The notes under the pieces are model-generated. The model was not told the origin of the DNA, searched no databases, and worked only from the letters and a program-made list of their open reading frames with translations. 64,000 nucleotides of DNA from an uncultured Chloroflexia bacterium (GTDB lineage: Bacteria > Chloroflexota > Dehalococcoidia > DSTF01 > JALHUB01): NCBI GenBank assembly GCA_963842845.1, contig CAWJHZ010000005.1, forward strand, positions 1,308-65,307, given 5' to 3'. Position 1 is the first letter of the stretch. Each line of letters begins with the position of its first letter. Below are positions 56,442 through 64,000 of this stretch, one piece after another. Position numbers and translations under genes: made by a program.

Positions 56442-56638
56442 TGTTTTTTCTTTTTCCCATCTATTTTTACTTCAAATTCAAGACCTTGTTGTTTTACTTG
56501 TTGCCATATCTCAGAGATGGTTTTTGTTATAAATGGTTTCATGATTTTGAATGCAAGCCATCCGAATATCGCGCTGGCGACAAACATCCCTGTTCCTGCA
56601 ATAAAACCTTGTGCAAAGTTTTCTAAAATGCTCATCAT
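56438..56638 (-). CDS. small membrane protein, 66 aa
   Basis: TM helix; ATGA coupling. Confidence 0.4.
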   Translation of the reverse strand: MMSILENFAQGFIAGTGMFVASAIFGWLAFKIMKPFITKTISEIWQQVKQQGLEFEVKIDGKKKKQ

Positions 56639-56964
56639 TTTTCTGCAACTCCTTCTATTTTAACAACCTCTACTTTTGATGCTTCTTGTTTTACTTCAAT
56701 CAGAGGATTAGCGGGTGGAACAGTTATTGCTTCTCCTGCGAGGATACTGTTCCCACAAAGATTAATTACTGGTGGAATCGGTTGCATCGGCATTGGTTTT
56801 AATCTCGGCATCTCACGTCCTCTTTCATCTTTGACGCTTATCCGAGCTAAAGGTGTCGCGTCACGGAATATTGTCATCTGCTGCTTCAAAAATTCTTTCT
56901 CCATCGGGTTCTTCCAGCGCATTGTCGCTGTATCCCCATGGAACCGTATTTTTATTGCCATCAA
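56635..56964 (-). CDS. hypothetical protein, 109 aa
   Basis: ORF only. Confidence 0.4.
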   Translation of the reverse strand: MMAIKIRFHGDTATMRWKNPMEKEFLKQQMTIFRDATPLARISVKDERGREMPRLKPMPMQPIPPVINLCGNSILAGEAITVPPANPLIEVKQEASKVEVVKIEGVAEK

Positions 56965-57197
56965 TCAACCATCCATACGATTATCCATTCGATTATAAAA
57001 AGCAAAATATAGAGAAATACGGATATGACTGTCATCGCTGCTGTCTGCCAAAACCCATTTGGTTTAAGAGCCATCCACAGGAAACTAATAATGAAACAAG
57101 GTATCATCATTAAAACCAGGATGAAAGAAATAAGACCAATTCCTGATAGTTTATCAAGTATTCTACCCATACATTTCGCTCTCTTTTTTCTCCTCAA
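56961..57197 (-). CDS. small membrane protein, 78 aa
   Basis: Two TM helices. Confidence 0.4.
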   Translation of the reverse strand: MRRKKRAKCMGRILDKLSGIGLISFILVLMMIPCFIISFLWMALKPNGFWQTAAMTVISVFLYILLFIIEWIIVWMVD

Positions 57198-57888
57198 GGA
57201 TGCCCATGAGGGTTTTCACGCATTTCTCTTTTTCTTCTCCATCGAAGTTCCGGCAGAGTTTATCAACCGTCCCATCACGCATCGCCATCTGAAATACATT
57301 TTTCATGAATTTCGTCCGTATTTTAGCGGCTTCCGCTGCAACCTGCTCTAACCCCTCAGGGGATTTCACTGAGAGTATCTTATGTCGTAAGTCCCGTGAT
57401 TCATTCAATGCCTCTAACGCTATTTTTCTTTCGTGACCATCAAGTGTAATCATTTTTTGTGGCGATAAATCAATGCGCTCCATGATGTTCAATTCATCTG
57501 ATGCGATGCCGAGCCGGTCTTGTACCTCGGGATGGTTGATGCCTTCTTTCCGTGCGAATCGTAACGCCTCGCTTAATGCCCCTGATGCGGTGCTGAAATG
57601 GTCTTTTGAACAGGCGAGACACGCGGTTCCTTTCTCAATCTTGCTTGTTGTTAAATCCTTTTCTGGTACTGCAATGTATTCTCTCTCTTTCTCCGGTTCT
57701 TCTTCTTTAGGATGTTGATATCTTGCTTCTTTCTGCGCATTTGCCACTATCTTTGATGCTTTCGCATAATACTCGTTTTGAAGTTCCTCGTATTTATCGC
57801 TAGTCCCTTTTAACTGAGTTTGAATAACTGTGCCAGCAAGGTTAAAAACTGCATTAAGAACTTGCATTTTAAAATCTTCAAACGCCAT
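57163..57888 (-). CDS. hypothetical protein, 241 aa
   Basis: ORF only. Confidence 0.45.
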   Translation of the reverse strand: MAFEDFKMQVLNAVFNLAGTVIQTQLKGTSDKYEELQNEYYAKASKIVANAQKEARYQHPKEEEPEKEREYIAVPEKDLTTSKIEKGTACLACSKDHFSTASGALSEALRFARKEGINHPEVQDRLGIASDELNIMERIDLSPQKMITLDGHERKIALEALNESRDLRHKILSVKSPEGLEQVAAEAAKIRTKFMKNVFQMAMRDGTVDKLCRNFDGEEKEKCVKTLMGILEEKKESEMYG

Positions 57889-57922
57889 GATTCCACATAT
57901 TCTTTATTGAGTATTTAGTTTT

Positions 57923-58645
57923 TTACTTTATTCTGCGAACAGGGATATAGGATATAATTTCATCTACAGTCACAGGCATGCCTGTGTTGTTTAGGTTTCC
58001 TAAGCCATATCCCATGCCCCATCGGTATGTAATGGGCATTAATGGAGTATTTGATGCGACCATCAGATGATGACTGAAACATTCACAGTTTACTTTAAGG
58101 TAATAAATGACTTTAAGCCCTGCTTTATTCATTGTTTCATTGAGGGTTTCTCTAGTATGAAATATTTTATGTTTGTCCAACTCTTTCTGCACATTTTTAT
58201 TAAACTGGATGTTTTCAGGCCACTCCCATTCATTTGGTGTGGAGAGAATAACGTAATCTGCAACTCTCCCTGATTCTTTCAAAATAGCGGTGGTTTCTGC
58301 TTCGTCAAGGTGTTCTATTACCTCTGATAAGACAGCGCAATCAAATGTCTTATCATCGAAAGGTATTTTTTTTGTTGCATCTGCTTGTACATAATTTGCT
58401 GTTTTCCCATCAGGAAATACTATTTTGAACCAATCATAGAGTATCTTATCTGTTTTCTCCACCAGTTTTATCATTTCCTCATTAGGGATTTTATCTAAAT
58501 TAGTAGCGGTGTTGCCGAATGTTGTCCCTAGACCACATCCGACATCAATGATTTTCCCAAAAGCAAATAACCGAAGCATGCTTAATCTTCCAAGAATCAC
58601 TGGTTCCCCTTTCTCTATAAAAAAAAACGGGAGAATGTCACTCAT
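57923..58645 (-). CDS. class I SAM-dependent methyltransferase
   Basis: IIDVGCGLGTTFG ... DCAVLSEVIEHL. Confidence 0.65.
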   Translation of the reverse strand: MSDILPFFFIEKGEPVILGRLSMLRLFAFGKIIDVGCGLGTTFGNTATNLDKIPNEEMIKLVEKTDKILYDWFKIVFPDGKTANYVQADATKKIPFDDKTFDCAVLSEVIEHLDEAETTAILKESGRVADYVILSTPNEWEWPENIQFNKNVQKELDKHKIFHTRETLNETMNKAGLKVIYYLKVNCECFSHHLMVASNTPLMPITYRWGMGYGLGNLNNTGMPVTVDEIISYIPVRRIK

Positions 58646-58655
58646 GTTTTATCCT

Positions 58656-58979
58656 CTATAATTTAGATACGTATTCTACTAATCGTTTTAGACAATCGAG
58701 CGTAAGATACTCCCCACCAATGTTTATTGCCCAATGAGGCCCTATTTCACCAGCTTCAACGAAAAATATATCCCCTACAATAGTCCCGTTCTCTCGCTTT
58801 ATAACATGTTGCCTGTTTTCAAATACTGCATCAGTTTTAACGTAAGTAATATGATTCCAAACTCGTTCTATTTTTCCCTCTTTCACATCTTGGAGTGATT
58901 TGTCTATCTTTTGTTTTTCTTCTTGTGTAAATTCCTGTTTTTTTTTCTTTAATATTAATACTTTTCCGAATATGGTCAT
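58656..58979 (-). CDS. hypothetical protein, 107 aa
   Basis: ORF only. Confidence 0.4.
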   Translation of the reverse strand: MTIFGKVLILKKKKQEFTQEEKQKIDKSLQDVKEGKIERVWNHITYVKTDAVFENRQHVIKRENGTIVGDIFFVEAGEIGPHWAINIGGEYLTLDCLKRLVEYVSKL

Positions 58980-59374
58980 AGTTTTTTTATCTCCTCTTTT
59001 ATTTTCCTTACTTGAGCATCAAGCCATTGGTATTCTTTTTCTTGTGGTGGTGAGAATGGGTCTGGTTGGATGATGCTGTAAAGATGCGGCTGGTCATAAC
59101 TAAGCCAGGTGAGTATCAACTGTGTATCAACATGTTCATCAAAATATTTCTTGAATGCATCCCCGTATGTTCCTTTCATGATGCCACCGACGCTTCTCAT
59201 CCAGCCTGGGGTTGCTCCCCATAAATCCTCCTTATCGTCAATGGCTTTCTGTAACTCTGCTGGAGTGAATTTCCCTATCGCGCCGTTAAGAAACCCACGG
59301 GCTGCACGTATGGCTATTGTTTCAAATATGTTCATTGGCTTCCTTTTCCTGTATATATTGATTGATAGCACCAA
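58976..59374 (-). CDS. hypothetical protein, 132 aa
   Basis: ORF only. Confidence 0.4.
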   Translation of the reverse strand: MVLSINIYRKRKPMNIFETIAIRAARGFLNGAIGKFTPAELQKAIDDKEDLWGATPGWMRSVGGIMKGTYGDAFKKYFDEHVDTQLILTWLSYDQPHLYSIIQPDPFSPPQEKEYQWLDAQVRKIKEEIKKL

Positions 59375-59546
59375 AACCTATTATCCATTTCCCGTCCTCA
59401 AGAATCAATACCGGTATCTCTCCAGCCCCGCTGTAGTCAAGATTTCCTGCATCCTCAAGCCTCCAATCTAATGAGGTTTTCCTGAGTAACGTCTGTGCTT
59501 GTTTACAGGAATTACATGATTCGCGTCCGTATAATATAGCGGTCAT
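59322..59546 (-). CDS. glutaredoxin/NrdH-like small redoxin (CxxC), second copy
   Basis: LYGRESCNSCKQ ... IPVLILEDGKWIIGF. Confidence 0.55.
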   Translation of the reverse strand: MTAILYGRESCNSCKQAQTLLRKTSLDWRLEDAGNLDYSGAGEIPVLILEDGKWIIGFGAINQYIQEKEANEHI

Positions 59547-59700
59547 TTTAAACCCTTCATCTCTTTATTGCAAAAAGGGCAATAGTATCTCTCTTTTTTC
59601 TCGACAGGGCTAGTGAATGAGCCTCCACAAGGACATTGAAAATGAAAAAAAGAAAAAGTATATCCTCCTGCTGAAAGGCATCCTGCTCTTTCAGAGTTAC

Positions 59701-60873
59701 TCATTGGCTTTCTACTCCCGCCTCCCCTGGTCTTATATCTGATGGTGGTGTTGGTACTACTCGTGGTGGTGGTGATGCTTGTTGTTGTGGTTGCTCTATG
59801 TATTTATGGGCTATCCCTGTTTCAAGGTCTACCTCTATCTTACCATTACAGGAGGGGCATACCCCATATCGGACATTCGGTGGGAGTACTAACGGAGTCC
59901 CACAATGAGGACATTGGTTTTGAATTTGCTTTCCCTCTTGCCCTGGTGCGTTCTGTTGTAGTTTCCCCATTCCTCTTCCAAGTCCTTCACCGAATGTACC
60001 AGCAACAGTTTTCAGGGTATCTCCCCATTGACCAGTTTTCTTGTCTTCAATATCAAGTTTTTTTACGCCAAGTGCGAGTTCATTTCGTATTTTTTCCATG
60101 TCTACTTCTGTCTGTGTTGGACCATGAGATACATTTGAGAGTTTTTTATCAATCATGTCCTCAAGGTTTTTTTCTACAAGGAGTTGAGACCGATATTGTT
60201 CAACTGTGTCTTTTAGGTATGTTTTTATTTCTTCTGCTGATGGTGTGTTATGAGCCATTGTTTTCATTAGTTCTTCTGCTTGTCGTACTCTTTCAAGAAT
60301 TGTTTGTTCTTTCAGTTGTTCATATTGCTCTCGTGTGCGTTTGTTCTCCATCTCCATCGCCTCAATTTTCTGCTCAAGGCGACTTCCGCCACCACCACCG
60401 CCCCCTGTTTGTAATGTCTGTTGTAATGCGGATAATTGTGATTTTAAATCAGAGTTTTCCTGGTCTCTCCTTCTGCGGTCTTCATCATCACGTTTTCGAG
60501 CGTCGTCTCGTAAACGTATGAGTTCATCCTCCATCCATGTCGTTGGTGCTGCTCCCCCTCCCCGGTATGTACGTGGAGGCTCTATAGGGTATGGGTCATA
60601 TTCTCTTCTCATTTGTATGCCTCGATGTTGATAGTCCATCGGTCTTTCTCTTTCCCGTGTTCTTATTCCTCTCCCATAGTTTCTATCTATCTCTACTTTG
60701 TTAAGGTAATCATCTAATGCTGCCTCGTAGAATTGTCTGATGTAATATGCTTCTGTGTCATTTTTTACACCAGAATCCATGCGTTTCAAATCATTTTCAA
60801 GGTCCATGGGGTCTGGGAGTTCATTATAAAGACGGACGCGCTGTTGCATGAAACCGATGAACTTGTCCTTCAC
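59701..60873 (-). CDS. coiled-coil protein with a Gly7 linker, a C-terminal zinc ribbon and a Pro-rich tail
   Basis: CPHCGTPLV...CPSCNGKIE; GGGGGGGS; ...QQQASPPPRVVPTPP. Confidence 0.5.
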   Translation of the reverse strand: MKDKFIGFMQQRVRLYNELPDPMDLENDLKRMDSGVKNDTEAYYIRQFYEAALDDYLNKVEIDRNYGRGIRTRERERPMDYQHRGIQMRREYDPYPIEPPRTYRGGGAAPTTWMEDELIRLRDDARKRDDEDRRRRDQENSDLKSQLSALQQTLQTGGGGGGGSRLEQKIEAMEMENKRTREQYEQLKEQTILERVRQAEELMKTMAHNTPSAEEIKTYLKDTVEQYRSQLLVEKNLEDMIDKKLSNVSHGPTQTEVDMEKIRNELALGVKKLDIEDKKTGQWGDTLKTVAGTFGEGLGRGMGKLQQNAPGQEGKQIQNQCPHCGTPLVLPPNVRYGVCPSCNGKIEVDLETGIAHKYIEQPQQQASPPPRVVPTPPSDIRPGEAGVESQ

Positions 60874-60899
60874 ACTTGCTTGTGTTTTTAAAAAATTCG

Positions 60900-61187
60900 C
60901 TATCCATTCATCCGGTAATGGTACTCATTTATGGGTATTTCGATTTTCTGAGGTGCTTTGGATAATTTCTGAAATTCTGGTTCTTCTTTTTCTTTTTTCT
61001 CTTCTTTTTCCTCTATGATGTAATGGTCTATGGGTTGTTTTTTAAATTCCTCTAACTTGTCAGCATGGCTTGTTGCTACATGGGTTTCAAGGTTTCTTTC
61101 TCCGAGTTTCGGGTTATTTGGTGGTCCGCGCACTGTCTTATCACAATAAGGGCATCCATACGTTGGTATATCATATTCTTTTGTCAT
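60900..61187 (-). CDS. zinc-ribbon protein, 95 aa
   Basis: YGCPYCDKTVRGPPNN...HVATSH. Confidence 0.45.
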   Translation of the reverse strand: MTKEYDIPTYGCPYCDKTVRGPPNNPKLGERNLETHVATSHADKLEEFKKQPIDHYIIEEKEEKKEKEEPEFQKLSKAPQKIEIPINEYHYRMNG

Positions 61188-61509
61188 AACGTCACAAAGT
61201 CAAAATGACAAATGCTGTATTTATATTTTATGGGGTATGGGGTCATTGAGTTTTCTAGGGAGGCGGCGAGGTGAGAAAGAAAACGAGTAAATGAGAGAAA
61301 AAAGGAAAGAAGAATATCATATCCGTTTACTTTCCTCTCGCCAATTATTAAATAACTGGTCAAGTATTTAGAATTTTTGATTATGACTGAAAATGCGCTC
61401 TGGAATCATCCGAGTCATTGCGATAGTTGTATAGAATCAGGTGACTGTGAGGATAAAAAACGTGCGGAGGATAATGGCATCAGGGTTTATTTCTGTAAAA
61501 AATATGTCT

Positions 61510-61920
61510 CTAAGTGACTGTTATTAAAACATCATGATAATCCAATAATGTGTTGTGGATGTCATCTTTTACTTGATAACTGAATGTTGTCGTGACTGGT
61601 GGTGTGAATGTAAATTCTTCTTCTACCGTCCCGAGGGAGGGGATGGTTGCTATTTGCGACATATAGAGCAGGTTGTTGTCTTTATCCCATAATTCAACCC
61701 GTGCTGTTATAGCCTGATTTGTTTGATTTACTATGTCTGCCTGAAATCGTATTGTAGTCCCATATGTGATATTTGTCGCTGTGGCAACAAAATTAGTGAT
61801 TTTCAGAATAGTTGCAGCTTTTACTCTTTTTGCTAAAAAATAAAGTAAGAGTAATCCTGCGCCAATGCTTAAAACAATACCTACTTTCTCCTGGTTGCTC
61901 ATTTTTCTATTTGTTATCAT
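61510..61920 (-). CDS. membrane-anchored CARDB-like domain protein
   Basis: N-terminal TM helix; beta-sandwich-like TNITYGTTIRFQADIVNQTN. Confidence 0.45.
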   Translation of the reverse strand: MITNRKMSNQEKVGIVLSIGAGLLLLYFLAKRVKAATILKITNFVATATNITYGTTIRFQADIVNQTNQAITARVELWDKDNNLLYMSQIATIPSLGTVEEEFTFTPPVTTTFSYQVKDDIHNTLLDYHDVLITVT

Positions 61921-62206
61921 TTAATATCCCGGCCTCAAGTTTGATGGCTTCTGGTAATGGTACTCCTGGGTGGTGATATGTTTTTGTTACTGTGCCGTTC
62001 ACGGTGATTTTCTGCGACCATCTGCTGTTTGTGAGTTCTTTCCCGTTAAACGTAAGATGCGCCCAGAGATAATCTGTGTATCTCCCTGTGTTTTTAATGC
62101 TGTATGTTATGTTGAATGGTTTGTTTGGGTCTACTGTCGCTGGAGATAATACAGGACGGAGTATGGTTGCGATGCCGTGTCTACTGATGAATTGAGTTAA
62201 GCCCAT
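61907..62206 (-). CDS. CARDB-like domain protein, paralogue of 4271-4582
   Basis: LSPATVDPNKPFNITYSIKNTGRYTDYLW aligns to VTAPATVDPNTAFDLAYTVKNMGTVTDLIY. Confidence 0.5.
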   Translation of the reverse strand: MGLTQFISRHGIATILRPVLSPATVDPNKPFNITYSIKNTGRYTDYLWAHLTFNGKELTNSRWSQKITVNGTVTKTYHHPGVPLPEAIKLEAGILNDNK

Positions 62207-62314
62207 TGATTTCTATATCAAAACATGAGAATTTAAAACTTCTGTTCTTTTTTATGTCTTCATCATGGGAGTTCAATGGGTTTTTTCAAAAATTAGAACA
62301 GTGGTGAACATTGG

Positions 62315-62491
62315 TTAAGGTTTGTGTCGGGGCATATCGGGATGCCACATGCCTACAACGTAGAGGGTTTCTTTATGTTGGCATTTAGGGCAGACCCACA
62401 GGTGGTTGAGTTTGCCGACTTCTTCATGCAGCAGAGGGACATGGCAGAACGGACATGATTTCTCAGGGATACGGGGCTTAATGGCAGACAT
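62315..62491 (-). CDS. Cys4 zinc-ribbon mini-protein, 58 aa; not in the ORF track
   Basis: CPFC...CPKC. Confidence 0.35.
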   Translation of the reverse strand: MSAIKPRIPEKSCPFCHVPLLHEEVGKLNHLWVCPKCQHKETLYVVGMWHPDMPRHKP

Positions 62492-62500
62492 GCCGTAACC

Positions 62501-62653
62501 TCAGGATATAATCATCATGCCTGTGCCTATTAGTATCCGCATGATTCTCCCCATGTTGCTGACGGGTCGCTGGTCATTGGATGCTACAATGGATAACCCC
62601 GCCTCAAAAACAATGAATGCACCAGCGATTCCCCAATAGTTAATCTTCGCCAT
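62501..62653 (-). CDS. small TM mini-protein, 50 aa; not in the ORF track
   Basis: Two hydrophobic segments. Confidence 0.3.
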   Translation of the reverse strand: MAKINYWGIAGAFIVFEAGLSIVASNDQRPVSNMGRIMRILIGTGMMIIS

Positions 62654-62705
62654 GAATAGTATGAAACAACTACTGGTTAAAAAAAGTTATCTTATTTTTT
62701 TATAG

Positions 62706-63134
62706 TTACGCTGTTTCATTCTTTTTTAATGTCTCATTTTTTTCTCTCAGTTTTTTATTTTCTATTAAGAGAGCTTTCTTTTCACGTTCAAGCATTTGTT
62801 CCATTGTTTTTTGTGTTTTTATTAAATTGTTTTGTAAAAAAAACTGGTTTTCATATAGCGTCATGTTTTCTTCATGGAGAAGAAAGTGCTGTCTTTGGAG
62901 ATATTGACAATATGCCATGAGATAATTTATCATATCGTTTAGGCTCATAAGTCGTTTTTCTTTCATCGCTCGTATTGGTATCTCTTCCATCTTTCTGCTA
63001 AAACCATCTCGTGTTTTTTGCAATCGTTTAATCCGTCTTGCTCGTTCGGCAGTTGTTTCCTTAAAAACAGATGCGCTATGCATTGGTTTTCTTAATCCTT
63101 CTTTACTTTTTTTCTCCATAAATTCCACCACCAT
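62706..63134 (-). CDS. coiled-coil protein, 142 aa
   Basis: Heptad-rich basic protein. Confidence 0.4.
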   Translation of the reverse strand: MVVEFMEKKSKEGLRKPMHSASVFKETTAERARRIKRLQKTRDGFSRKMEEIPIRAMKEKRLMSLNDMINYLMAYCQYLQRQHFLLHEENMTLYENQFFLQNNLIKTQKTMEQMLEREKKALLIENKKLREKNETLKKNETA

Positions 63135-63991
63135 TTCTTTTTTTGAATAGGGAATAATTTATGTAGAGTAACCTGTATTTCTTCTTCTGATACTCCTTTT
63201 GATGATGCCATTTCTTTATATGCTGTTGTAATCCCTTTAATGAGCTTCATCACGTCTGGTAATTCGCAGTAGGTGAGCCATTGTGGTTTATAATCTTCTA
63301 CATGGGTTTCATTGTTTACTCTGTGGATGCTGAGGGCGAGAGCGGATTCCATGCCACGGTGTTCTTTGAGAAGCAGGATGTTGATATGTTGTGTGAATTT
63401 TATGAGAGGTAATGCTTTTATGTCAGTTTCTAATTCAATGGTATTTGATTTTTTGTACCCCAGCATTTTTTCTTCTGGTGTGAGAAATATCTTAGGCATA
63501 TTGAACTGATGGATGAGAAAGTAGAGCACAGCGCAGATGTGTTTACAAAGCATCGCACTGTTATCCCGATAATGGCTCATGATATGGTCTTGGCATGTGC
63601 AATCCACGTAGAGGTCAGCGATATATTCTTCCCGTTCATATAAACGCTGTGGTAATGTCTCAGGTAAATAATTTTTGATGATGATAGTATAGTTGTTTTT
63701 CTCTGATTGTACTACCGCATGGACATCTCCGCCTCGATGTGTCGTCACTGTATTCTTGATGATTGCTTTATTGCGATATAGCTCCAGCCCTTTTGTTACT
63801 CTACGGTCATCAATGAGTTTATGTACCTCCTGGAGGTCTCTTCGTTTCTGGTAGTGTGCTACATTTAAGATTGCCTTATACCAGTACCTGGTCGATATTT
63901 CGTGAGGTGATTGAAAGACTACGGGGATGACATTCTTTCTGCTCTGTGGTTTGGTTTCCTTTTTCGTCAAAATGATATACTGTTTTCTCAA
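63092..63991 (-). CDS. SWIM zinc-finger domain protein
   Basis: CxC-x(n)-CxH signature: DCTCQDHIMSHYRDNSAMLCKHICAV. Confidence 0.5.
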   Translation of the reverse strand: MRKQYIILTKKETKPQSRKNVIPVVFQSPHEISTRYWYKAILNVAHYQKRRDLQEVHKLIDDRRVTKGLELYRNKAIIKNTVTTHRGGDVHAVVQSEKNNYTIIIKNYLPETLPQRLYEREEYIADLYVDCTCQDHIMSHYRDNSAMLCKHICAVLYFLIHQFNMPKIFLTPEEKMLGYKKSNTIELETDIKALPLIKFTQHINILLLKEHRGMESALALSIHRVNNETHVEDYKPQWLTYCELPDVMKLIKGITTAYKEMASSKGVSEEEIQVTLHKLFPIQKKKWWWNLWRKKVKKD

Positions 63992-64000
63992 CCATTTTTA

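Overview
The window is compositionally chimeric. Positions 1 to about 3400 are very GC-rich (about 70% GC). They carry a secreted repetitive protein gene whose reading frame is broken twice, and on the minus strand the C-terminal half of an MMPL/RND-type transporter gene. That transporter gene loses its 5' part exactly where the sequence turns AT-rich. From about 3.5 kb to 64 kb the sequence is a mosaic, AT-rich (about 25-50% GC), gene-dense region with prokaryotic-style ribosome-binding sites (AGGTGA) and TATA-like promoters. It contains five blocks. (i) A surface/fibre module: CARDB-like proteins, a right-handed beta-helix adhesin with a disaggregatase-like C-terminus, a lectin-fold protein, and a 1934-aa Ser/Gly-repeat giant protein built from perfect 654-bp and 213-bp tandem DNA repeats. 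(ii) A roughly 20-kb nucleotide-sugar and glycan-modification island. It has a 3,4-ketoisomerase (cupin), a DegT aminotransferase, a formyltransferase-like protein, a UDP-sugar dehydrogenase, an epimerase/dehydratase, four GT-A and two GT4 glycosyltransferases, five methyltransferase genes (one with three methyltransferase domains), and a tRNA-like gene. Five homing endonucleases of three families are interleaved with these genes: two HNH with NUMOD3-like repeats, two Vsr/PD-(D/E)XK-like, and one LAGLIDADG. (iii) A tightly packed minus-strand operon of small proteins of unknown function sharing a nearly invariant leader, AAGGTGAAGTAAAATG, followed by tandem paralogous membrane proteins, a clan-CD-like peptidase and Cys-rich secreted proteins. 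(iv) A block containing an intein with two LAGLIDADG motifs inside a small protein with primase-polymerase-like motifs, two glutaredoxin-like proteins and many zinc-ribbon, helix-turn-helix and transmembrane mini-proteins. (v) Short ribbon-helix-helix regulators and palindromic operator-like motifs. I found no terminase, portal, recognizable capsid protein, integrase or polymerase. The element is therefore virus/mobile-element-like but unassigned. Several genes are interrupted by single-base frameshifts at homopolymers, which may be sequencing errors. No rRNA or CRISPR array was seen.
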